DNA from: Octopus sinensis
Taxonomy: Eukaryota
Reading direction: 5' to 3'
Length of the DNA: 42,805 bases
NCBI RefSeq assembly: GCF_006345805.1
Contig: NW_021834997.1
Coordinates: 1 to 42,805, forward strand
Position 1 is the stretch's first letter. Each line of letters starts with the position of its first letter. Positions 11,381 to 21,802 of this stretch are shown here, piece by piece. The position numbers were made by a program, and so were the translations under genes. The notes beneath the pieces were generated by a model. The model made no database searches. It was given only the letters and a program-made list of their open reading frames with translations, and was not told the origin of the DNA.

Positions 11381-12643
11381 CAGGTGTTGGACAAAATAAT
11401 GGAAACACCTAGCATCATAATTTTGAAATATCTATAAAACGGTCAAAAGCTTGTTTATTTTTAAGGTTTTTGATTTATTATTAGTGTTGCTTAATATGTT
11501 TTGCTAAAACTGTTGTTTCTTATTAGATATCATCAAAAAAATGTAATTAAAATTCATTAAAATGACAGATCTATCGGACTTTCAAAGGGGCCAAATTGTT
11601 GGTGCTCATATGGCAGGTGCTAGCATAATGAAAACAGCCGAAATGTTTGGTGTATCAAGAAGTACTGTCTTGAAAGTAATGACAGCTTTTGAGAAAGAGG
11701 GAAAAGCCACCTCATCGAAACAAAACTCTGGAAGAAAACCAAAACTTTCAGATAGGGACTGTCGGACGCTTATGCAAATTGTTAGAAAGGATCACAAAAG
11801 TACAGCTCCCAAAATTACTAGAGCTTAATGACCACCTCGAGAACCCAGTTTCCACAAAAACTGTTCACCAGGAGCTGCACAAAGCCAGATTTCACAGGAG
11901 GACTGCAATCAGAAAACCACTACTTTCAAAAACAAACATCGTAAAGCATTTAGAGTGGAGTAAAAACCTACAGAATTGGTTCCTAGAGTAGTGGAAGAAT
12001 GTTATTTTCTCGGACCAGTCATTCTTTACCTTATTTCCGACCACCGGCCAAGTATACATGTGGAGACAGCCAAAAGAAGCATTTGACCCAGACTGCCTTC
12101 TTCCAACTGTTAAACATGGAGGAGGATCTGTAATGATCTGGGGAGCTATATCTTGGAAATCTGCTGGCCCTGTGGTTTCCCTTCATGGCAGAATTAATTG
12201 TCAAGATTATTTAAGCATTTTATCTTATCAAATTCATTGTATGGTTGCAGAACTATTTCCAGAGGGAAACACAATCTTTCAGGATGATAATGCACCAATT
12301 CACACAGTTAAAATTGTTACTGAATGGCACGAGGAACATTCTAGTGAAGTTGAACATCTTATGTGGCCACCACAGTCCCCACATCTCGATATTATTGAAC
12401 AGTTATAGTGAATTTTAGAAAAACAAGTAAGGAGTTGACATCCTCCACTATCATCACTACAAGAACTGGAGACTGTTTTAGATGAAAAATGAACAAAAAT
12501 TCCTTTGGAAACAATTCAAACTTTATATGAGTCCATACTCCATAGAATTCAAGCTGTGATTACTGCCAAAGGCGGTCCTACTCCATATTAAAATAAATTA
12601 GTTTGAAATTTTAAGGTGTTTCCATAATTTTATCCAATCCCTG
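11381..12643 (+). mobile_element. Full-length decayed Tc1-superfamily DNA transposon, DD36E (Incomer-like), in SNF8 intron 3
   Basis: ~30-bp TIRs CAGG(TG/GA)TTGGA(C/T)AAAAT(A/T)ATGGAAACACCT; TA right flank, CA left flank; transposase 11562-12591 with HTH, FSDQS, FQDDNAPIH and SPHLDIIE; 36 residues between second D and E; one frameshift (~11818) and several W/Q-to-stop changes. Confidence 0.9.
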
Positions 12644-12685
12644 TATATTTATATATGTATGTATGTGTGTATATATATATATATA

Positions 12686-12732
<47 letters not shown>

Positions 12733-13031
12733 AGAGTGTTAGGTGTGATGTACAGAAATTGAATATTGAGAAAAAAATTCATCAGAATTTTGGAAAAAAA
12801 ATCTTTTTATTTCTTCATTATTATTATCGCTTTCATCTGTTTCTCGAACTTGTCTCATAAAATTTTGTGAATGTACAAATAGCCTGTTTATTTATATAAA
12901 GCAGGTTTTATCTATCAGCCTATCTACCTACCTATATTTCTATATATATATATAGTACATTCCTCTGCTAATGTCCCTTTTTTCCTTCTTTTACCAATTT
13001 TCATGCCGATGAAATTCCATTCCAACTCCAG

Positions 13032-13136
13032 CAAGTAAAGGATTCTGGTCAGAAATGTTGGGTGTTGGAGATTTCTATTACGAATTAGCTGTGAAGATTG
13101 TGGAGGTGTGCATGGCTACTAGTCATCGTAACGGAG
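13032..13136 (+). CDS. SNF8: SNF8 coding exon 4 (copy a)
   Basis: CAG acceptor; (S)SKGFWSEMLGVGDFYYELAVKIVEVCMATSHRNG; GTAAG donor; 105 nt, phase 1-1. Confidence 0.93.
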
Positions 13137-13312
13137 GTAAGTTGGCGTTAGTGTTTGTCTTTGGTCAGTGTTTGTCCGGAACTGTTTGTGTTTCATTTCA
13201 GACAAGACAGAAGAATTCCCTGCTTCTTCCTGCTGGATGTTACATCTATGACAAGTTTCATTTATACTTGTATATATGTATGCGTAAATATATACTTTGT
13301 GTATATGTGTAA

Positions 13313-13371
<59 letters not shown>

Positions 13372-13667
13372 AGAGTGTTAGGTGTGATGTACAGAAATTG
13401 AATATTGAGAAAAAAATTCATCAGAATTTTGGAAAAAAAATCTTTTTATTTCTTCATTATTATTATCGCTTTCATCTGTTTCTCGAACTTGTCTCATAAA
13501 ATTTTGTGAATGTACAAATAGCCTGTTTATTTATATAAAGCAGGTTTTATCTATCAGCCTATCTACCTACCTATATTTCTATATATATATAGTACATTCC
13601 TCTGCTAATGTCCCTTTTTTCCTTCTTTTACAATTTTCATGCCGATGAAATTCCATTCCAACTCCAG

Positions 13668-13772
13668 CAAGTAAAGGATTCTGGTCAGAAATGTTGGGTG
13701 TTGGAGATTTCTATTACGAATTAGCTGTGAAGATTGTGGAGGTGTGCATGGCTACTAGTCATCGTAACGGAG
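13668..13772 (+). CDS. SNF8: SNF8 coding exon 4 (copy b, identical tandem duplicate)
   Basis: Identical to 13032-13136 at +636 bp with intact splice sites; may be an assembly artefact. Confidence 0.6.
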
Positions 13773-14085
13773 GTAAGTTGGCGTTAGTGTTTGTCTTTGG
13801 TCAGTGTTTGTCCGGAACTGTTTGTGTTTCATTTCAGACAAGACAGAAGAATTCCCTGCTTCTTCCTGCTGGATGTTACATCTATGACAAGTTTCATTTA
13901 TACTTGTATATATGTATGCGTAAATATATACTTTGTGTATATGTGTAAATATATATATATATATATATATATATAGATATATATATATATATATATATAC
14001 ATATATATGTGTGTGATCTTGCAGCATGTGATGAAGAATCAGTGCTCAAAACATTTTTTTACTTCATGAAATTGAAATTGAACCA

Positions 14086-15879
14086 AATTTGATGGCACCT
14101 GTGCCAGTGGAGTGCTAACAGCTCCATCCGAGCAGGACCTCTGCCAGAGCAGCTGTCTGTCTTCCATGCCAGTGAGCACGTACAAAGCACCTTTTGAGCA
14201 TGATCGTTACCAGCGTCGCCTTACTGGCACTTGTGCCGGTGGCACGTGAACAAAACATTCGAGCGAGGTCGTTACCAGTGCCACTGGACTGACTCCTGGC
14301 CAAGTGGCAAGTAAAGAATCACCGTTTCGACCCTGTGCTTGAGGAGACCTATTGAGTCAAGTACATCAACATCGAAAAATCAAATGGAAATTGTAGTTGT
14401 GGCTTCTATGCCGGTGGCTTCTATGCCGGTGGCTTCTATGCCGGTGGCTTCTATGCCGGTGGCTTCTATGCCGGTGGCTTCTATGCTGGTGGCTTCTATG
14501 CCGGTGGCTTCTATGCCGGTGGCTTCTATGCCGGTGGCTTCTATGCCGGTGGCTTCTATGCTGGTGGCTTCTATGCCGGTGGCTTCTATGCCGGTGGCTT
14601 CTATGCCGGTGGCTCTCTATGCCGGTGGCTTCTATGCCGGTGGCTTCTATGCCGTGGCTTCTATGCCGGTGGCTTCTATGCCGGTGGCTTCTATGCCGGG
14701 GCTTCTATGCCGGTGGCTTCTATGCCGGTGGTTCTATGCCGTTGGCTTCTATGCCGGGGCTTCTATGCCGGTGGCTTCTATGCCGGTGGCTTCTATGCCG
14801 GTGGCTTCTATGCCGGTGGCTTCTATGCCGTGGCTCTATGCCGGTGGCTTCTATGCCGGTGCTTCTCTATGCCGGTGCTTCTATGCCGGTGGCTTCTATG
14901 CCGTGGCTTCTATGCCGGTGCTTCTGCCGTGGCTTCTATGCCGGTGGCTTCTATGCGGTGGCTTCTATGCCGGTGCTTATGCCGGTGGCTTCTATGCCGG
15001 TGGCTTCTATGCCGGTGGCTTCTATGCGGTGGCTTCTATGCCGGTGGCTTCTATGCCGGTGGCTTCTATGCCGTGGCTTCTATGCCGGTGGCTTCTATGC
15101 CGGTGGCTTCTATGCCGGTGGCTTCTTGCCGGTGGCTTCTATGCGGTGGCTTCTATGCCGGTGGTTCTATGCCGTGGCTTCTATTCCGGTGCTTCTATGC
15201 GGTGTGGCTTCTATGCCGGTGGCTTCTATGCCGGTGGCTTCTATGCCGGTGGCTTCTATGCCGGTGGCTTCTATGCCGGTGGCTTCTATGCCGGTGGCTT
15301 CTATGCTGGTGGCTTCTATGCCGGTGGCTTCTATGCCGGTGGCTTCTATGCCGGTGGCTTCTATGCCGGTGGCTTCTATGCCGGTGGCTTCTATGCCGGT
15401 GGCTTCTATGCCGGTGGCTTCTATGCCGGTGGCTTCTATGCCGGTGGCTTCTATGCCGGTGGCTTCTATGCTGGTGGCTTCTATGCCGGTGGCTTCTATG
15501 CCGGTGGCTTCTATGCCGGTGGCTTCTATGCCGGTGGCTTCTATGCTGGTGGCTTCTATGCCGGTGGCTTCTATGCCGGTGGCTTCTATGCCGGTGGCTT
15601 CTATGCCGGTGGCTTCTATGCTGGTGGCTTCTATGCCGGTGGCTTCTATGCCGGCGGCATGTAAAAAGCGCCAACCGATCGTGGCCGTTGCCAGCCTCGC
15701 TTGGCACGTAAAAAGCACCCACTACACTCTTGGAGTGGTTGGCGTTAGGAAAGGCATGCAGCTGTAGAAACTCTGCCAGATCAGACTGGAGCCTGGTGCA
15801 GCCTCCTGGCTTCCCAGACCCCGTCGAACCGTCCAACCCATGCCAGCATGGAAAACGGACGTTAAACAATGATGATGAT
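14086..15879 (+). mobile_element. Retroposon family E (RTE-tail-like SINE or non-autonomous LINE) carrying the 15-bp minisatellite
   Basis: 3' end GGAAAACGGACGTTAAAC(GAT)n; flanked by 52-bp direct repeats. Other copies: 9366-9570-, 17971-18490+, 18978-19107+, 19125-19310-, 25340-25465+, 37540-37770+, 42470-42615+. Confidence 0.7.
14399..15654. repeat. 15-bp minisatellite (GGCTTCTATGCCGGT) x ~84
   Basis: Direct reading; central ~14610-15200 rich in 1-2 nt deletions. Confidence 0.97.
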
Positions 15880-16008
15880 ATATATATGTGAACTTGCAGC
15901 ATGTGATGAAGAGCCAGTGCTCAAAACATTTTTTTACCTCGTGATTGTAAGCCTGATGCTCTAACCATGCACCTTCGAATATTGATAACAGATAATTCTT
16001 TATTTCAG

Positions 16009-16081
16009 GTCTTATTGGTCTGGAAGAACTGAAAGACAAACTGGAAGCATCAAGGGGCAAAAACACACAAGAAATTAGTCT
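16009..16081 (+). CDS. SNF8: SNF8 coding exon 5
   Basis: TTTCAG acceptor; (G)LIGLEELKDKLEASRGKNTQEIS; GTGAG donor; 73 nt. Confidence 0.93.
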
Positions 16082-16524
16082 GTGAGTTGTCTTTCATCTA
16101 ATTCCTTTCCTTTCTCTCTTTTTCTACCTTTCGATAGTCATGGCCATACTGGAGCCCCTGGCATCCAAACCTGTCCAATTGACATGCAAGATGAGCGTGG
16201 GGTAACCGGCCATCATGCACTCTTTTAGGGTCCATGCATTGTTGATTTCTGGTTTTATATGTAAAACAACTTTGATCACATGTGGGATTTATATTCAGAT
16301 ATTAGCTGAGTTTACCATGGAGTTTAACATGGAGATCAACTGACAACGTTTGTTTGGTAGATATATTTTGAGGTAGTCTTCCTCTGCTTTGGAGCAATGG
16401 TAAAGGAAATTTGCCGTAGACTCCCTCAGGTTGTGGCTTTAAACCTTTAAACCATTGGCACACATGTGTGGTCGGATGGTAAGAAGTTAGCTTCTCTACC
16501 ACATGGTTTCGAGCTCAGTTCCAT

Positions 16525-16830
16525 TATAGATAGACAGACAGACAGACAAGTAGATAGATAAATAGATAGATAGACAGGTAGATAGATGAATAGATGGATG
16601 GATGGACGGACGGACAGATAGAGAGACAGACAGACAGACTGAGAGAGAGAGAGATAGACAGATAGATAGATAGACAGACAGACTGACAGATAGATAAATA
16701 GACAGGTAGATAGCTGAATGGACAGATAGAGAGACAAACTGAGAGAGAGATAGACATAGATGGATGGATGGAAGGATGGACAGACGGACATGGATAGATA
16801 AAGAGATAGACAGACAAACAGCTAGATAGA
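16525..16830. repeat. (GATA/GACA/GATG)n tetranucleotide tract
   Basis: Direct reading. Confidence 0.93.
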
Positions 16831-17129
16831 TCTCACACACACACGTATATGTATGTTTTTGTGTACCTCCCCCACCACTCCTTGACAACTGGTGTTGGTT
16901 TGTTTATGTTCTCTTAACCTAGTGGTTTAGCAAAAGACAACTGATAGAATTGGTGCTAGACTTTAAAAAAAAAATAAGTACCAGAGTTAATTTGTTCCAC
17001 TAAAACCCTTCAAGGTGGTGCCCCACCTTGGCCACAGTCTTCTACCTAACTTTTCTTCAAGGTGGTTCCCCACCTTGGCCACAGTCTTCTACTCTTTTCC
17101 TTCATCTCTGTCTCTTTCTTTTCCTTCAG

Positions 17130-17271
17130 AGACGACCTCCTTTGTGCAATCAAAAAACTGAAGACCCTTGGCAATGGTTTCACCATTCTTCCCATTGGCA
17201 AAACCTATTTAGTGCAGTCCGTGCCTGGAGAATTGACTATGGACCATACCACAGTGTTGCAACTAGCACAG
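17130..17271 (+). CDS. SNF8: SNF8 coding exon 6
   Basis: CAG acceptor; (L)DDLLCAIKKLKTLGNGFTILPIGKTYLVQSVPGELTMDHTTVLQLAQ; GTAAG donor; 142 nt. Confidence 0.96.
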
Positions 17272-17725
17272 GTAAGAAGGGCCGGTGGGGACCCCAAAAT
17301 CCTTTGGTTGTTCTCATTAGTGAAATGACAGGTAAGAAATGTTTTGGAGTAGATTGGATTTGGTGTTGTCCTTTGGTGTGGCTCAGCGCTAAGATGTTTG
17401 CTTCCCAACCACATGGTTCCAGGTTCAGTCCTACTGTGTGGCACCTTGGACAAGTGTCTTCTACTATCGCCCCCAAGCTTACCAAAACTTTTCGAATGAA
17501 TTTGGCAGATGGAAACTGAAAGAAGCCCTTCATGCATAGGAATGGCATTGTGGTAAAAGGTATGCTTTTCAACTACATGGTCCTGGTTTCAGTCCCACTG
17601 CATGGCAGCTTGGGCAAGTATCTTCTACTATAGCCAGAGTGAGTGAATTTGCTTGATGGAAACTGAAAGAAGCCTATCATGTATAGACATGGCAGGATCT
17701 ACATAGACACATTTTCCTTTGACTG

Positions 17726-17767
17726 TATCCTTCTGAAGATGGGCCTTTGCACCCGAAATATAAAGAT
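17726..17767 (+). ncRNA. Minimal hammerhead-like motif, SNF8 intron 6, sense strand
   Basis: CTGAAGA 17733-17739, extra T, stem II GGG/CCC, GAAA 17755-17758, palindromic ATAT stem III, AUA site, bulged stem I. Confidence 0.5.
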
Positions 17768-17970
17768 TATTTAAATGTGTGCTTTGTTAGAAGCTTGCCT
17801 CATTTCTCATTTCACTTATTATTCTACTTCTGTGTTACAATGCTTCAAACAAACTACAACACTCTTCTATGTGTGTATGTATATAAGAAATTAAAGAAGG
17901 AAAATACACACACTTTACATAGTTTTAATATAATTTTTAATATATCTTGTACTGTGTTTGTGTGTGTATA

Positions 17971-18335
17971 CACGTAAAAGCACCGTCAGTTCGTGGGCGT
18001 TTGCCGTTGCCAGCCTCGGCTGGTCCCCGTGCCGGTGACACGTAAAAGCACCGTCCGTTCGTGGCCGTTTGCCAGCTCTGTCTGGCAACCGTGTCGGTGG
18101 CACGTAAAAGCACCATCCGTTCGTGTCCGTTGCCAGCCTCGGCTGGCCCCCGTGCCGGTGACACGTAAAAGCACCGTCCGTTCGTGGCCGTTTGCCAGCT
18201 CTGTCTGGCCCCGTGTCGGTGGAACGTAAAAGCACCATCCGTTCGTGTCCGTTGCAAGCATCGCCTGGCCCCATGCCGGTGACACGTAAAAGCACCATCC
18301 GTTCGTGGCCGTTTGCCAGCTCTGTCTGGCACGTA
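17971..18335. repeat. ~61-bp minisatellite x ~6 inside family E
   Basis: (C/A)ACGTAAAA starts at 17971, 18039, 18101, 18162, 18223, 18283 and 18330. Confidence 0.85.
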
Positions 18336-18529
18336 AAATGCACCCACTACACTCGCGGAGTGGTTGGCATTAGGAAGGGCATCCAGCTGTAGAAACTCTG
18401 CCAGATATGACTGGGCCTGACGAAGCCTTCCAGCTTCACAGACCCCAGTTGACCCGTCCAACCCATGCTAGCATGGGTTTTAACCGAAAATGATGGATAT
18501 GTATAGTGATTAACTGAACGCTATTAATA

Positions 18530-18965
18530 TTGTTTGAAAAAACGTTATATGATATAACATCAGAAGTAGCCTTAACAAAGGAAAAATACACTCATCTATT
18601 TATATATAAATATATATACATATATATAGAAAATAGTAAAAAGTGAAAAAACTACAGAAGGCTTGTTTTAAAAGGTTAAAAAATATATATTTGAGTCAAT
18701 ATGTCTGAAGAATGTTATAAATTTTTTTCATACAATGACATAATATAGAAGAAATGACCGGATTCGCGTTCAGCTTTTCAAATTTCTTAAAACGTTATGT
18801 TTACATTGAGCGGTGATCTAGATAATAAGTGATTTCTTCCGGTGTAAGGGAGATAATCACTTAAAATTATTTGCCTTTCATTTGGATTGAGTTTCTCTGT
18901 ATAAGTATATTGGAATGGTTAAGTTTGGGCTTGTATTTTTCAATGAAGAATGTTTCCTTGTTTAG
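18530..18965 (-). mobile_element. Penelope-like element 3' fragment (GIY-YIG C-terminus + 3' UTR)
   Basis: Minus strand of ~18915-18967 reads RLNKETFFIEKYKPKLN, the R..KE..FI....P.LN motif ending PLE endonucleases; left boundary uncertain. Confidence 0.65.
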
Positions 18966-19533
18966 TCTAATTTGATGACTGGCACCCGTGCCAGTGGAGT
19001 GCTTAACAGCTCCATCTGAGCAGGACCTCTGCCAGAGCAGCTATCTGGCTTCTGTGCCGGTGGCACATAAAAAGCACCATTTGAGCATGATCGTTACCAG
19101 CATCGCCTTATATATATATATATATAATCGTCATTTAACATCCATTGTCCATGCTGGCATAGGTTGGACAGTTTGACCATGGCTGGCAAGCTGCAATGCT
19201 GCACCAGACTCCAGTCTGATTTGGCAAGGTTTCTATGGCTGGATGTCCTTCCTAATGCCAACCACTCTGAGTGTAATGGTTGCTTTTACGTGCCACCGGC
19301 ACAAGTGCCATTTGCATGACACAGGTATCTGCCACAACTGCGATTTTACTTGGCATGATGGGTCTAAAAAAATTTGCAGCCTCTCTCTCTCTCTCAATCT
19401 GTCTGTACGTCCATTTGCTTCTGTTTCTCACTGTTTTGCTCTCTCACTCTCTCTACCTGCCTCTCTCTTTCTCTCTCTGTCACATCCACCCCACCCCTCA
19501 ACTACACTTACCCTTTGTATCTTCTTGTTTCAG

Positions 19534-19608
19534 AAAAATGGTTTTGTAACAATCAGTTTGATATCAGGAACACTTAACTGGGAGAAAGAAAGGGCCATTA
19601 AATCTTTG
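19534..19608 (+). CDS. SNF8: SNF8 coding exon 7
   Basis: TTTCAG acceptor; KNGFVTISLISGTLNWEKERAIKSL; GTAAG donor; 75 nt. Confidence 0.93.
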
Positions 19609-19878
19609 GTAAGTACCTCACCCTATTCCCCCATCACCCCATCCCCACCCTCCTTTTCTGCTACTCTTTCTGACAATCAACGCTGCAGAAGAACCATTAT
19701 GAAATGGTTGAAAGCTGTTGGTTTTGCCCCCAAAAGATGTGCTAAGAAGCTTCTTTTCACCAACGAACCCATTAAGGGCCTGTTTTTGGCCAAGAGTGGG
19801 GTCAGTCTGTGATCCAGTCTGGTTTCAAAGAGTTCTCTGGAATTATGTAATACCTTTCTGTATGTCCTTTATGTTTGA

Positions 19879-19950
19879 GGCTCTGATGAAGCTGTAGGGC
19901 GTTACTCAGGCACTCAACTATGTGTCCTGCAGCAGAAACAACTGTTAGCT
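19879..19950 (+). ncRNA. Type I hammerhead ribozyme candidate, SNF8 intron 7, sense strand
   Basis: Stem I GGCT/AGCT; CTGATGA 19883-19889; 8-bp stem II GCTGTAGG/CCTGCAGC; GAAA 19935-19938; stem III ACA-AC-TGT; GUU site at 19946; A.A mismatch at 10.1-11.1. Confidence 0.55.
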
Positions 19951-20885
19951 AATGAAGGTCATGAGGTAATCATTTATATTTTTTTTGTCATCTCTTGGTG
20001 GTTAGGGCATTCGTGAGTTCAGTTCCTGGCAATGCATTGTCCTTGAGCAAGACACTTTATTTCACGTTGCTCCAGTCCACTCAGCTGGCAAAAATGAGTA
20101 ACGCTGCGATTGACTGGCGTCCCATCCAGCTGGGGAGCACATACGCCATAGAAACCGGGTCCATGAGCCTGGCTAGGCTTTAAAAGGACGCATTTATTTG
20201 TGGAGGTTCATGGCTTAATGGTTAGGGTGTCAGCATCATGATCGTAAGATTGTGGTTTCGATTCCTGGACCAGGCGACGCGTTGTGTTCTTGAGCAAAAC
20301 ACTTCATTTCACATTGCTCCAGTCCACTCAGCTGGCAAAAAGGAGTAGTACCTGTATTTTAAAGGGGCAAGCCATGTCACGTTCTGTGTCACACTGAATC
20401 TTCCTGAGAACTACATTAAGGGTCCACCTGTCTGTGGAATGCTCAGCCACTTGCACGTTAATTTCACAAGCAAGCTGTTCTGTTAATCGTGTTTAGGGAG
20501 CTTGCTTCCTAACTACATGGTTTCGGGTTCAGTCCCACTGCGTGGCACTTTGGATAGGTGTCTTCCGCTATAGCCCCGAGTCAACCGAAGCTTTGTGATT
20601 GGATTCGGTAGGTGGAAGTTACTGCCGTGTGTGTATGTGTGCGTATAGCTGCTCAGTGCCTCTCCGAAAGAGAGAGAGGGTATCAGCTGGGACCCATGTC
20701 ATCGTGACCAACGGAGTGCTCCTTTTATTTACAAGGGTGTGCTGGAAACCTCCTGGTTTTAAGGATATTGCGAAAGGCCTAATTGGAGGCCCAACCTTCC
20801 AAGTTCTTTGACAGGGCTTAGGAAATCTGAAGGAACGCTGCAATAAGTGTGTGATAGTTTGTCAAAAGAATGCTTCTCTCTCTCT

Positions 20886-21633
20886 CCGCTCAGTCGAAGT
20901 CGACTCTCAGTCACTTGTTGGATCAGTGTCCTCCAGTCAGTTCTATCCTGGGCCACTTCCTTCAGATAGGCTATGTCCATTCCAGTATCACTCTTGATGG
21001 TGTCAAGCCAGTGGGTTCTTGGTCAGCCTCTTCCTCTCTTGCCACTGACCATTCCAAGCATGATGTCCTTCTCCAGGGATTTTCTCCCCATAATCTGACT
21101 GAAATATGCCAATCTATGCTTGGTGATCCTAGCTTCTAGCGACATTTTCGGCCTGATCTGCTTAAGAACTTTTCTATTGGTCAGCCACTTCCTCTCTTGC
21201 CACTGACCATTCCGAGCATGATGTCCTTCTCCTAATATTTTCTCCCCATAATCTGACTGAAATATGCCAATCTATGCTTGGTGCTTCTAGCGACATTTTC
21301 GGCCTGATCTGCTTAAGAACTTTTCTATTGGTCAGCCTCTTCCTCTCTTGCCACTGACCATTCCGAGCATGATGTCCTTCTCCAGGGATTTTCTCCCCAT
21401 AATCTGACTGAAATATGCCAATCTATGCTTGGTGATCCTAGCTTCTAGCGACATTTTCGGCCTGATCTGCTTAAGAACTTTTCTATTGGTCAGCCTCTTC
21501 CTCTCTTGCCACTGACCATTCCGAGCATGATGTCCTACTCCTAATATTTTCTCCCCATAATCTGACTGAAATATGCCAATCTATGCTTGGTGATCCTAGC
21601 TTCTAGCGACATTTTCGGCTTGATCTGCTTAAA
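20886..21633 (-). mobile_element. BovB-type RTE LINE 3' fragment with four tandem copies of an internal ~158-bp unit
   Basis: ..SLEARITKHRLAYF..LEKDIMLGMVSGKRGRG...DRTDWRTLIQQVTESRLRLSG*; (GA)n tail. Confidence 0.85.
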
Positions 21634-21802
21634 ATATTCTGGCCAGAAGCGTTCCAATTTCATACGAATTACGTGTTTCTTGGGTAACAAAGAATGCTTT
21701 TGGCTATTACTGTTAAGACACCCGTATTGTATGGTAATATACGTGGGTCTATTCCTCTTAACCCGACGCTTGTTAATATACATCACAATTCCTCCTTCAA
21801 AC

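Noticed and set aside
13032-13772. Mutually exclusive alternative exon pair
   Set aside because: The copies are identical, so there is no isoform difference; treated as a recent duplication or artefact
14339-15902. Long ORFs (441, 456, 334, 183 and 235 aa) of ASMPV / WLLCR / GGFYA / GIEAT / HRSHR repeats
   Set aside because: Translations of a stop-free 15-bp minisatellite in an intron; no splice or coding context
14399-18335. CRISPR-like appearance of the regular arrays
   Set aside because: Contiguous tandem units with no unique spacers, no cas genes, eukaryotic context
18416-18445. CTGACGA in family E (also CTGATGA at 42295 minus, CTGACGA at 33843, CTGAAGA at 1283, 18704 and 36903)
   Set aside because: No correctly placed GAAA, stem III or stem I
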